Assembly: GCF_004010195.1 (NCBI RefSeq)
Contig: NC_057751.1
Span: 8,422,404-8,445,435, forward strand
From: Chiloscyllium plagiosum
Lineage: Eukaryota
Length of the DNA: 23,032 bases
Direction: 5' to 3'
Within the stretch, counting starts at the first letter, position 1. Each line of letters begins with the position of its first letter. The notes under the pieces are model-generated. The model made no database searches, was not told the DNA's origin, and was given only the letters and a program-made list of their open reading frames with translations. Positions 10,430-21,495 of the stretch are shown here, piece by piece. The position numbers and the translations under genes were made by a program.

Positions 10430-10740
10430 TCAACAACTGTATATGTCCTTCAAGGAAGCACAATTGCCCAAGGGTGCTTCACGATGAGATACCAACCAAA
10501 GGGGAATATTTGAAAGGGCGACTGTGATGTGGTTGAAGATGTGGCTTTTCAAGAGGTTCCAAAAAAAAGGAGAAGGAAATTTAGAGCTGAGGACTTGGGG
10601 GAGTGGATTGTCAAGCCTGGGTGGTTATTGATAGAGATGTGAAGAATAAGACAAGGGAATGAGACGTACAACAAACTGAAGCAAAAAGACGAGGAAGAAC
10701 AAACTAAATCCAGGAGTAAAACAATATGAAGAAGATTGAG
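10430..10740 (-). mobile_element. Old L2-type LINE 3' end, probably resuming at ~11104-11143 after the CR1 insertion
   Basis: caacaactgtatat...cccaagggtgcttcac...ggcttttcaagagg..., a purine-rich tract resembling the reverse complement of the L2 3' end; very diverged. Confidence 0.5.
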
Positions 10741-10741
10741 A

Positions 10742-11103
10742 ACCTTATAGAGGTTTATAAATCCATTAGGGGTATAGATAAGGTGAATGCAGGTGTCTTT
10801 TCCCTAGGGTGGGGTATTTCAAGACTAGGAGGCATATTTTTAAGGTGAGAGGAGAAAGATTTAACAAAATCATGAGGGGCAAAGGTTTTTCTACAGAGAG
10901 TAGTTGTTGTGTGGAATGAGCTTCCAAAGGAAGTGGTGGATGCGTGTACAGTTACAATGTTTAAAAGACATCTGGATAAGTATGAATTGGAAATGTTTGG
11001 AGGGATATGGGTCAAACGCAGGCAGGTGAGGCTAGCTTAGTTTGGGATTATGGTCAGCATGGATTGGTTGGACTGAATGGTTCGTTTCTGTGCTGTATGG
11101 CTA
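10742..11103 (+). mobile_element. 5'-truncated CR1 (HER1-related subfamily)
   Basis: accttatagaggtttataa (LIEVYK), gtggaatgagcttcca (WNELP), tttaaaagacatctggataag and a 3'UTR ending ggactgaatgg..gtttctgtgctgtatg. Confidence 0.92.
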
Positions 11104-11159
11104 CAGCTTAATAGGATGAAAGATTACAAAATAGAGGGATGCAAAAGTTTTTTTAAAAA

Positions 11160-11698
11160 TATTTGAAGGTACATAAGGTAAGACGATAAGTCCACTTGTT
11201 GGGAAGTCAAAGACTCATGTCCATAGAAATAAGATTGTCATTTCACACATGAACCACTCTCTATAGAAAAAACATTGCCCTTCATGACTTTGTTAAAGCT
11301 TTCTCCTCTCAACTTTCAAATATGCCTCCTCATCTTGAAATCCTCCATTCTAAGGAAATGATACCTGCCATTCACTTTATCTATACCCCTAATGGTTTTA
11401 TATACCTCTATTAGGTTCTCAACCTTCTTCATATTGTCTTACTTCCAACAAAGAACTGAAAAGACTCTTCTTCACCCAAATATTGAACAGAATGTAAAAT
11501 CTGCTACCAAGTTGCAAGTTCAAGTGACTGACAACAATGTATTTAACTGGATGCTAGCTCAGTAATTGAGGGAGAAAGGAAAAAGGCATGTTTAGGGGAT
11601 GAAACAAAGTAGGTTGGAGAAGGCTGAAATGGGGCAAATGTGAGCACAGATCAGCTGGGCAGATCGGCCTGATTCAATGTCGTAAATTCTGTGTGATT
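11160..11698 (+). mobile_element. Ancient CR1 3' end split by an inverted insertion (11160-11240 and 11445-11698)
   Basis: tccacttgttgggaagtcaaagact...cata..aataagattgtca continues after the insert as ccaacaaagaactgaaaagactcttcttcaccca...gagggagaaagga...ggcctgattcaatgtcgtaaattct. Confidence 0.65.
11238..11446 (-). repeat. Inverted duplicate of 10713-10919 (flank plus CR1 5' junction)
   Basis: Reverse complement agtaagacaatatgaagaaggttgagaacctaatagagg matches agtaaaacaatatgaagaagattgagaaccttatagagg and stays colinear for about 205 bp. Confidence 0.88.
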
Positions 11699-12665
11699 GC
11701 ATACAACAGAAGATTCCCTGTTAACATATCATACCAAACTGAAAAAAATCTTTTCTCAGTTCTGTTCTGACCGATACTGCACCAATTGCTTTTATTTCCT
11801 CGGTTGCTGGTGTGGAATTACAATCAAGCATGCTGCGTACAGCACAACACAATAGAAAGTAAAATTTCTAGATAATTCACCTGGGCTGCAGATTGAACCG
11901 TTGGGAATGTAAAATCAGTTTATTCAGTGCTAAGTGTGCATTTAGAATAAAGAGTCAACAATCAGAAGGTGAACATGGTTTTGTATTACTCCATAAACAT
12001 GAAAGGGTGGCATTTTTGGTTTCATCTCAATTGCAGGCAATTTGACCATCGGATTGCTGTCTGAAACCCAAGAAATGTCACATGTTTAAATTTTACCACT
12101 GTTTATTTGCCCAACTTGGTAGACCCCACCCTATGTTTTAGACTCTGATGATACAGGACATTTTTATTCAATTTCAATCTTGCCTTCACCATTTTCTGAA
12201 AGCACTGACTTACATTCAACGATGTCAGATGCCCACCTGTTAACTCACCCAACTGTACACGGTGGTGTGCAATGAGCAAGACAGTGCCTGGAAGCTTGAC
12301 ATTCAACTGGTGGCATCAAGGCAAACCCTGCCCTGCTCCACTCCCATTCTCAGCAAAGTTTTGACCATCTGCAGGCTTCCTAGTGATGTCGCTGCCTGAT
12401 GGGCACAAATGACAATGTCATCCCAAACTCTGAGGCAGCAAATCCGACTCCAAATCCCAAAGGCTGACTGGCGACAAGGCACTGACTGACCACCACTGCT
12501 GACCAGGCTGAGGTCACAGAATGACCTGTACTGGACAACCACATTACAGACAAAGGTTACTGTCTGATCCCAATCAATGATTACTCTTGGATGGCCCTGA
12601 TTACTGGCCAGATTGAAATCACTGCATAATTGCGAATGGACTGGTCCTGTGACTGACAACAGATG

Positions 12666-12785
12666 GACATTTTCTAATCGACCCATTCAGACCTGTTAGC
12701 ACACATCTCTGGAGCAAGTGAGGCTTGAATCTAGGCCTCCTGATCCAGACATAGGGACATTACCAGTGCATCAACAGAAATCTCT
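12666..12785 (-). mobile_element. Short tRNA-derived SINE
   Basis: Reverse complement gatgcactggtaatgtccct...agattcaagcctcacttgctccaga...tgaatgggtcgattagaaaatgtc matches the copy at 12885-12985; A/B-box-like motifs present. Confidence 0.7.
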
Positions 12786-12884
12786 GACAAGACAGCTATC
12801 GCTGGATTGCTAATGGTTGGTTGATGTTGTTAAAGATACAGAGGAGGTGGGCATTGTTTGATTAAAGAATCGGATTAACCTCAG

Positions 12885-12985
12885 GAGGTCTTGTGGTGCA
12901 CTTGTCATGTCCCTCTGTCTGGACTAGGAGTCGCAGGTTCAAGCTCCACCTGCTCCAGACTGAACAGACTGATTAGAGAATATCT
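12885..12985 (+). mobile_element. Short tRNA-derived SINE; a third, degenerate piece follows at ~12995-13070
   Basis: tcttgtggtgcacttgtcatgtccct...ggttcaagctccacctgctccagactgaacagactgattagagaatatct. Confidence 0.7.
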
Positions 12986-13365
12986 CAGGCTCACCTCAAG
13001 TCCCAGTTTCAAGTCCAACTGTAGCAAATAATGATGTGACATGACACATTTGAACAGGTCCAACTGAAATTTATGAAGGAACTCAGAACAGGCCCAGACA
13101 ATGGGCCATGGTTTAGACTTTACACCTGACTGCCTACCCACCTTCCGTGGTTATGTCCACATGCAAGTGTCCTTGGAGAGGGACTCTGCTCAAAATCACA
13201 TCTCAACTTGAATTGCTTATTTGGTTTTCAATGTAATCTGTTTAGGTCCATTGTTTTCATTGGTTCAACTAAGCAGTAGAATGATGATCAGCCTGCCCCA
13301 AGGTGTCTATTAACAGGTCAAGCAGCATGTCACAGAGAGGATATTTCCACATGACTTTTTTTCAG

Positions 13366-13699
13366 GATCCCTACAATATGGAAGCAGGCCCTTTGGCCCA
13401 ACAAGTCCACACCAATCCTCCGAAGAGTGACACGCGCAGACCCATTCTCCTACGTTTACCCCAGACTAATGCACCCACCCTACACATCCCTGACCACTGT
13501 GGGACAATTTAACACGGCCAACTCACCTGACCTGCACATCTTTGAATTGTGGGAGGAAACCAGAGCACCCAGAAGAAACCCATGCAGACATGGGGATAAT
13601 GTGCAAACTCCACGCAGGTAGGCACCCAAGGCTGAGAATCAAACCTGGGTCCCTGGCACTGTGAGGCAGCAATGCTAACCACTGAGCCACCGTGCTGCC
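13366..13699 (-). mobile_element. HE1-type V-SINE, full length
   Basis: Head ggcagcacggtggctcagtggttagca (A box), ggtttgattctc (B-box-like), V-domain gtggagtttgcacatt...ggtttcctcccaca and HER1-like tail gggccaaagggcctgcttcc. Confidence 0.93.
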
Positions 13700-13842
13700 T
13701 CTTTTTCCACTGTTTCATCTTGTAGAGGGAACACCCAGAGTCCACAGGCATGGTTGAGGTGATCAAAGGGTCCGCAGGAGCTGGAGCCCATCACCAGTCC
13801 AAGAACTGACACTGCAATTTAAATTACTGAATTTAATTCAAA

Positions 13843-14152
13843 GCTGCACAGTGCCTCAATGGTTAGCACTGCTGCCTCACAGCACCAGGGACCCAGGTTG
13901 GATTCCACCTTCAGGCGACTGTCTGTGTGGAGTTTGTACATTCTCCCCGTGTCTGCGTGGGTTTCCTCCCACAGTCCAAATATGTGCAGGTTAGGTGAAT
14001 TGGCCATACTAAATTGCCTATAATGCACAGGGATATGCAAGCGAGGTGAGTGAGACATGAGAAGTGCAGGTTATAGGGGTAGGTCTGGGTTGGATGCTTT
14101 TTGGAGGGTCAGTAGGGGCAAATGACCTGCTTCCACACAATAGCAATTCGAT
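13843..14152 (+). mobile_element. HE1-type V-SINE
   Basis: tggttagcactgctgcctcacagcaccagggacccaggtt, then gtggagtttgtacattctccccgtgtctgcgtgggtttcctcccacagtccaaa, with tail gacctgcttccacac. Confidence 0.93.
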
Positions 14153-15148
14153 ATTTGAGCATTGTTACTGTGCTCTGTTACCGAGTGCTTTAATTTGATT
14201 TAATCAATATACTGAAGAGAGCCAGTTATGACAGTGTGTTGGTCACATAACAGCTAACATGGAAAATGCTGCATCCAATGAACAAGCAGAAAAATTTGTG
14301 ATTCATTCTTTTCTTCACTGTCTGGCTTGGATCTATTCATCATGGATGACCCATCCTGACTGTCAATGGATGACCCATAGTTGATTACCCCATTACTGAC
14401 CATGATTGAACATACAACTGATGATCCCTACCAAAGGTGATCATCTCAACCACTCTCTCCACAAACACACGATAATAATGTACTACCGCAGTTGACTTGA
14501 GGAGCAGAAAGGAAAAAGTGCCATTGAACAACATAAGCATCTCTGAGTGGTAAAATACTTCGGCAAGTGTTTCCATTTCTCTTCCGTTCCTCCAAGGTCT
14601 CAGAACCTAATCTAGGAATCACAAATAGCTGAGAATCGAAAGATCACATCCTTGGTGACACCCTCAGATGACTGGAATAAATTTTGACATTCAGAAAACA
14701 CCAGGAACTAAGGATCAGGCTGAACAACATTTCAGCTGGCTAAACTTTGTACACTACGGAGCATTATAATTGCCAAAATACAGACCCCATTGACCTGTGA
14801 AATTGTGCCCCTTGTTCAAATCAGTGCATGATGAAGATTTGCCTCTGGACCTGCAGAACTGCTGACTTCTAACTCCTCTGTCACAAAACCCACGCTTCCA
14901 TGGCTCTTGAATGAATTTTATGTGCACAGGTTGAGAAATGGTAAATAAATTCTCAACAATTCTTTGAGTCACACTCTCTTGAGGCACCATAAAAGATTCA
15001 TGCACAGGACATAATCAAACACGCAAACTGACCTGCACTGATCTTGCATGCACATGTCAACATCAGTAATGGGGAGTGAACACACGTTTGCTATTTGCAT
15101 GGAACCGTCTCAGGTCAGTTGAGATAAAAGTGCATGTTCATACTGGGC

Positions 15149-15450
15149 TCAGTTGAGTAAACTGGGACTGTACTCATTGGAATTTAGAACACTGAGGAGG
15201 GATTTTGTAAAAACATATAAAATTATGAAGGATATAGCTAAGGTAGAAGCAGGGGTGTGGGGGGAGGGTTGTTTCCACTGGCAGGTGACATTAGAGTTCA
15301 GGGGGCATAACCTCAAAATAAAGCGAGGCAGACTTAGGATAGAGGTGAGAAGGAACTTCTTCATCCAAAGAGTTGTGAATCCGGATTTCCCTGTCCAGTC
15401 AAGTAGCTGAGGCAACCTCGTTGAATGTTTTTAAGGCAAAATAAATAGTT
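15149..15450 (+). mobile_element. Older CR1 subfamily ORF2 3' fragment
   Basis: LGLYSLEFR.LR.D.VKTYKIMK...RGHNLKI...RNFF.QRVVN. Confidence 0.88.
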
Positions 15451-15458
15451 CAGTCTTG

Positions 15459-16447
15459 GAGTCATAGAGTCACATGGAAACAGACCCTTCGGTCCAACTC
15501 ATCCATGCCGACCAGATATCCCAACCCAATTTCGTCCCATTTGCCAGCATATCCCTCTAAACACTTCCTATTCATATACCCATCCAGATGCCTTTTAAAT
15601 GCTGTAATTGAACCAGCTTCCAGCACTTCCTCTGGTAGCTCATTCCATACACGTACCACCCTCTGTGTGAAAGAATAGCTCCTTAAGTCCCTTGTAAATC
15701 TTTCACCTCTCACCCTAAACCTATGCCCTCTAGTTCTGGACTCCCCCACCCCAGGGAAAAGACTTTGCCTATTTATCCTATCGATGTCCCCCATGATTAT
15801 ATAAACTTCTATAAGGTCACCCCTCAGCCTCCGACGCTCCAGGGAAAACAGCCCCAGCCTGTTCAGCCTCTCCCGAAAGTTCAAACCCTCCAACACTGGC
15901 AACATCCTTGTAAATCTTTTCTGAACCCTTTCAAGTTTCACAACATCCTTCCGAAAGGAAGGAGACCAGAATTGCACACAATATTCCAAAAGTGGCCGAA
16001 CTAGTGTCCTGTACAGCCGCAACATGATCTTCCAACTCCCATAGTCAATGCTCTGACCATAACGTCTTCCTCACTATCCTATCTACCTGCGACTCTACTT
16101 TCAAGGAACGATGAACCTGCACTCCAGGTCTCATTGTTTAGCAACACTCAAAAGGACCTTACCATTAAATGTATCAGTCTTGCTCTGATTTGCTTTTCCA
16201 AAATGCAGCACCTTACATTTATCTAAATTAAACTCCATCTGCCACTTCTCGGCCTATTGAGCCATCTGATCAAGGTCCCATTGGAATCGGAAGTAATCTT
16301 CTTCGCTGTCCATTACACCTCCAATTTGGGTGTCTTCTGCAAACTTACTAACTGTACCTCCTACGTTCACAACCAAATGATTTCTATAAATGACATAAAG
16401 CAGTGCACCCAGCACCGATCCTTGTGGTACACCACTGGTCACAGGGC
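15459..16447 (-). mobile_element. 5'-truncated HER1-type CR1 LINE, inactivated
   Basis: PVTSGVPQGSVLG.LL.VIY, SKFAEDT, LYRTLVRPLLEYCVQFWSP and RVVRVWNELP, then a 3'UTR with ctctatgactc tail. Has a deletion near 16060. Confidence 0.97.
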
Positions 16448-16657
16448 TTTCAAGGATTTCTGAACTGTCCAAATTCATATAAACCTCCCACGCACTCTTT
16501 ACCTTCATTTCTTCCTGGAACTTCAACACAATTAAAAGCCAAGGATGAGACCCATTGATTTACTTCACTTTTCCTCTCATTATCTTACACCACAATAGGA
16601 CTTTACCCCTCTCAACTCAATAAAACAGCAGTAATGAGCTTCAATGTCTGTGTGAAC

Positions 16658-16764
16658 TGACGTCAATAGCCAAGCTCACAAATCATCCTCACCAAATTAG
16701 GTCAAGGCACCTTCACCTGATTAGCACACAGTACGACAGCTTTTCTCAATGACTCAGTGAGTCA
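16658..16764. promoter_or_regulatory. Candidate enhancer: CRE, RORE and two adjacent AP-1 sites
   Basis: TGACGTCA 16658-16665, AAATTAGGTCA 16694-16704 and TGACTCA-G-TGAGTCA 16750-16764. The motifs are exact; function is unproven. Confidence 0.35.
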
Positions 16765-16977
16765 AGCAAGCATTGTTACCATTCCAGTTCATATTTTATC
16801 ACACAAGTAGGATCCCAGATTGAAGTGTGGTTTGATAGGTCGTGTTCCGTTTTGGTTTTTTTTTTCGTTTTAATGAGACAGTCATTTATTGAAACACAAA
16901 CATTCAATGTGCCAGATTTGCTTCTAACAAGAAACCTGAAGTATTTTATGCAAAAAAGATAAAATAGAACGAACAAA

Positions 16978-17612
16978 ACACCAAAATTAGAGGTGTAGTG
17001 GACAGCGAAGAGGGTTACCTCAGATTACAACAGGATCTGGACCAGATGGGCCAATGGGCTGAGAAGTGGCAGATGGAGTTTAATTTAGATAAATGCGAGG
17101 TGCTGCATTTTGGGAAAGCAAATCTTAGCAGGACTTATACACTTAATGGTAAGGTCCTAGGGAGTGTTGCTGAATAAAGAGACCTTGGAGTGCAGGTTCA
17201 TAGCTCCTTGAATGTGGAGTCGCAGGTGGATAGGATAGTGAAGAAGGCGTTTGGTATGCTTTCTTTGATTGGTCAGAGTATTGAGTACAGTTCCCTGGGG
17301 TGGGGGAGTCCAGAACTAGAGGGCATAGGTTTAGAGTGAGAGGGGAAAGATATAAAAGAGACCTAAGGGGCAACTTTTTCATGCAGAGGATGGTACGTGT
17401 ATGGAATGAGCTGCCAGAGGATGTGGTGGAGGCTGGTACAATTGCAACATGTAAGAGGCATTTGGATGGGTATATGACAAGGAAGGGTTTGGAGGGATAT
17501 GGGGCGGGTGCTGGCAGGTGGGACTAGATTGGGTCAGGATATCTGGTCGGCATGGACGGGTTGGACCGAAGGGTCTGTTTCCATGCTGTACATCTCTATG
17601 ACTCTATGACTC
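16978..17612 (+). mobile_element. 5'-truncated HER1-type CR1 with a ~280-nt internal deletion
   Basis: Very similar to 2945-3256 and then 3537-3852; junction gtacag|ttccctgggg at 17290/17291; tail ctctatgactctatgactc. Confidence 0.97.
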
Positions 17613-17806
17613 CATTCACAGATAACATTTTTTAATTTCTTATCTCCTATTTCTTACATTCTAATAACACCCATTTAACGATTTTGCAATACATGACAAC
17701 AATATTAATCCTATTAATCACAACAGGATTTCAATGTACTCCTCAAACAGCACATAGAATTCCCTTCTGGATACCATTTAAGCTTTGACTTAGGTGTGAC
17801 GTCCAT

Positions 17807-19099
17807 TTTTTTCTCATTCATTCATAGGACATGGGCATTGCTGGCTGGGCCAGCATTAATCGACTGTCCTGAGTCACCCTTGAGAAGGTGGTGGCGAACT
17901 GCCTTCTCAAATTGCTGCAGTTCACATGCTGTAGGTTAACCCACAATGCCCTCACAGAGGGAATTCCAGAATTTTGACCCAGTGACAGTGAAGAAATGGC
18001 AATGTATTTCCAAGTCAGGATGGTGACAGGGACCTGCAAGCACAGGTGCTCCCATACATCTGCTGACCCTGTCCTTTTAGATGGAGGTTGCCATGGGTTT
18101 GGAAGGTGCTGCCTGAGGATCATTGATAAATTTCCACAGTGCATGTGGCAGATAATGCACACTGCTGCTGACAGGTTTCAGTGGTAGAGAATAGTATCAA
18201 GTTTTCTGATGTCTAGCTGCACTTATACCCAGGCAAGTGGGAAATATTCCATCATGCTCATGGCTCATGCTTTGTTGATGGTGGACAGATGTTGGGGAGT
18301 CAGGAGATTCACTGCAATATTCCGAGCATCTGACCTGCATTGTCAACACTGTATTTATGTGGCGAGTCCAGGTCAGCTTCTGGTCAATGGAGGCCCCTCC
18401 CCCCCAAGATGTTCATAGTGCAGAATTCAGTGATGGTAACATCATTAAATGACAAGGGGCAGTGATTAGATTGTCTCTTCTTGGATATGGTCATTGCCTG
18501 ACATTTGTGTGGCACAAATATTAATTATCACTTGTTAGCCCAAGCCTGGATATTGTCCAGATCTTGTTGTATTTGAACATGGACTGCTTCGGGAGCTGAG
18601 AAGTCGCAAATGGTGCTGAACATTGTGCAATCATCGGTGAACATCCTCACTTCTGACCTTGTGATGGAGGGAAGGTCATTGATGAAACAACTGAAGATGG
18701 TTGGGCTTTGGACATGACCCTGAGGAATTCCTGCAGAGATGTCCTGGAGCTGAGATGACTGATCTCTAACAATCATAATCACCTTCCTATGTTCCAACCA
18801 GTTGAGACTTTTCCCCTGACACCCAGTCATTCCAGTTTTGCTAGGGTTCCTTGATACCACATGGTTGAAGGCAGCCTTGATGTCAAAAGTTGTCACTCTC
18901 ACCTTGCTTCTGGAATTAAGCTCTTTTGTTCATGTTTGAATAAAGGTTATGATTTGTTCAGGAGCTGAGTGATCCTGGTGGAACCCAAACTGGACATCAC
19001 TGAGCAGGTTGTTGTTAAGTAGATACTGCTTGATAGCACTATAGATATCATCTTCCATCAGTTTACTGATGATTGAGAGGAGACTGATGAGGCAGTAAT
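17807..19099 (-). mobile_element. 5'-truncated second LINE family (CR1/L2 group): RT domain to 3' (ATGA)n tail
   Basis: NY.LISLLSIISKLME, DIKAAF, GIPQG....PTIFSCFINDLP, MFTDDCTMF and QQDLDNIQAWA.K; ends ...gcccatgtcctatgaatgaatga. Confidence 0.92.
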
Positions 19100-19691
19100 T
19101 TTATTCCCAGCTGTGATTATCTGAGCCAAGATATTTTCAGCTTTACATAAAACCCCTCTGGGGTTTACAAAAAATGTTTCTGGTCTGAAACATTTAAGCA
19201 AACACCAAGGTTTCTCTTTCTTAATGATATCCCTTTTTCAGGATGAATTACTCACACACTCAGCTTCAGCCATTCAATCATGACCTTGTAAAGCTATTCA
19301 ACTGAAACACAAACACTTCTTTGTTTCAAGCTGTAAGTATTATCCCTCATTAATATTTTTAAAAAAGTAAATCACAGGCCTTCTAACCTGATGCCTCAAG
19401 CAGAGCTACTTACATTGTTTGTTGGTAAAATTCTCCAAATGGAAACAAAAATAAAAATTACTCTCCGGGAAGTTTTGTTTTTTGAAAGAAATCTTTGTTC
19501 ATGCATAAACACTTCCCAGTTATTAATGAAATCCTTTCAAACGCACAGTAACACATATGCCACTAGTTCAAAATTCAAATATTTAAAATCAGAAGCAAAG
19601 GATATTGAGATATATATATGTGCATGTGTGTGATATTTCACGTCACAAACCAGAGACCAAGCCTAACCCTTATTGATCGTACAATCCTCAG

Positions 19692-20034
19692 AGAATCCCT
19701 ATAGTGTGGATAGCAGGCAATTTGACCCATCGAGTCCACACCGCCCCTCTGAAGAGCATCACACCCTGACCCAACCCTACTCTATCCAATCCCTGTAAGC
19801 CTGCATTCCACACAGCTAATCCACCTCGCCTGCACAGCCCTGGACACTATGGCCAATTTAGTATGGCCAATCTGCCTAACCTGCACATCATTGGACTGCA
19901 GAAGTTAACCAGGGCACCCAGAGGAAACCCATTCAGACACAGTGAAAATGTGCATACTCCACACAAACAGATGCTCCAGAGTAGAATTGATGCTGTGAGG
20001 TGGCAGTGCTCACCACTGAGCCGCTGTGCTGCCC
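19692..20034 (-). mobile_element. HE1-type V-SINE, diverged
   Basis: Colinear with 13366-13699 (ccactgagccgctgtgctgcc head, ctccacaca, cctgcacatc, agtccacacc). Confidence 0.88.
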
Positions 20035-20419
20035 TTGAGTGGGAAATAAATGTTGCAGCTCCATTTGCTTCAATATTATCATCAAAGGGATAATTTATTT
20101 TGCTGAACACTTTTGCAACTGCAAGCATTTGTTTTTGATATTTTTTATAATGCTGATCCCCACAGGTTCAGGTGGGTATATCAGTGAATGCTAAGGTTAA
20201 TCTGAACCTTTAACGTTCTGTTCCAAGTAGGACAGGATGCTTTAGACAATTAATAGGATTCTGGATGACCTCCTGGCCTCAGAATGTCCCTCTATGCTTC
20301 TTCTCTCAGTCTCTGACATGGGCTTGCTTTTGAACAAGGTCATGTTGGCCTTCTTGTTTGTCTCATCTGTTCTTTTGCGCTAGCTCCTTTTATCTCTCAA
20401 ACTCCCGATATTTCCAAAC

Positions 20420-21092
20420 TTAGAATATAGAACAGTGCGGCAGAGGAACGGACCCATCGGTTCACGATGTTCTGCCGAAGATGAGGCCAAATTAAACTGA
20501 TCCCCTCGACCTGCCCTTAGTCCACATCTTCCCATTCCTTTCATTTTCAACTTGATCAATACTTTCAGTGATCTCGTCTCCACAACTCTCTGGGGTCGAG
20601 GATTATAGGCATTCACTATTCTTTGGGAGAAGACATTCTTTTGCATCTCAGTTTGAATTGAGTTTCTCCATATTCTGTTACTATGCCCCCAAGTTAGACA
20701 TCTCCCCACTACTAGAAACATCTCACTGGCTAAGCCAGCATATATTGCCCATCCCTAATTGCCTAGAGGGCAGTTAAGAGTTCAACCACATTGCTGTGGG
20801 TCTGGAGTCACATGTAGTCCAGACCAGGTAAGGATAACAGATTTCCTTCCCGAAAGGACATTGGTGAACCAGATGAGTTTTCTGTCAATCAACAATGGTT
20901 TCACAGCTAGACCATTAATTCCAGGTTCTTCGTTGAATTCAAACTCCAAAATGTACCATGGTGGGTTCCCAGAACATTAGCTGAAATTCTGGATTAATTG
21001 ACAATACCAGCAGTCCACTGCCTCCCCCTTTTAGCAAGATCACCTCTCAATCTTTTAAACTCTCATGAATAAAGGTCAAAGTCTTTAATTTA
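20420..21092 (-). mobile_element. Old CR1 3' region (20420-20722 and 21030-21092) interrupted by a SINE
   Basis: The minus ORF gives GHS.RI...I.TEM.KN.FSQRIVN.YN..PQRVVE; 3' tail agaatatagaacagt; resumes with agatcacctctcaatcttttaaactc. Confidence 0.7.
20722..21028 (-). mobile_element. tRNA-derived SINE, same family as 5415-5739
   Basis: ctggctaagccagcatatattgcccatccctaattgcc...gggtctggagtcacatgtag...ctgcctcccc. Confidence 0.88.
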
Positions 21093-21104
21093 GAATGATT
21101 TAAG

Positions 21105-21495
21105 CCTTCACAAAGCCTGGAGATTAAAAGAGGATGAAGAGAAGATTTGATGCAAGTGGTCAAAACTCTGAAATGCTTCAATGAAATCAATATGTAGAAA
21201 CTTTTTATTCAATGAAAAGTCAGAACCAAAAGGCACAGGCTCATAGTAAATGATCTTAACCAGGAATTCCAGGAATAAAAATGTACACAACAGTTGGTTT
21301 GACTGACAATGTCCACCTTCTTGTAAAAGCACATTGAACAGCAGAGTTCAACAGAGAATCAATTCGACGCCTGAAAGGGAAAATTGCAAGGTGGTGGGCA
21401 AACAGCAAGGGTACAGGATTAATTAGATCCCTCTACTAGAAAGCTGGTTCACAAACAATGGATCGAATGATTCCCTGCACTTTGTCATCCTGAGG
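21105..21495 (+). mobile_element. Ancient CR1 3' end
   Basis: cctggag..aaagaggatgaagagaagatttgat...tcagaaccaaaaggcacag and 3'UTR-like ggattaattagat.cctct...aatggatcgaatga. Confidence 0.55.

Noticed and set aside
12303..12686. 127-aa minus ORF with ankyrin-like stretch HQAATSLGSLQMVKTLLRMG
   Set aside because: A single imperfect motif, no convincing splice sites in that frame, and the ORF start lies in a SINE.
13620..13910. tRNA-like heads as tRNA genes
   Set aside because: They continue into the V-domain and LINE-like tail, so they are SINE heads.
14342..14378. 13-bp direct repeat atggatgacccat with 11-nt spacer
   Set aside because: Only two units; a small slippage duplication, not an array or CRISPR-like locus.
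14385..14606. Minus-strand open frame bounded by AG and GTAATC
   Set aside because: Weak acceptor and no recognisable protein; the length is compatible with chance.
14828..14866. ATGATGA...CTGA as a C/D box snoRNA
   Set aside because: Only about 40 nt apart, too short, and no clear terminal stem.
19255..19300. Minus-strand segment with good-looking acceptor (tgtttcAG) and GTGAGT donor
   Set aside because: Stops occur in all three frames; a non-coding exon cannot be supported without RNA data.
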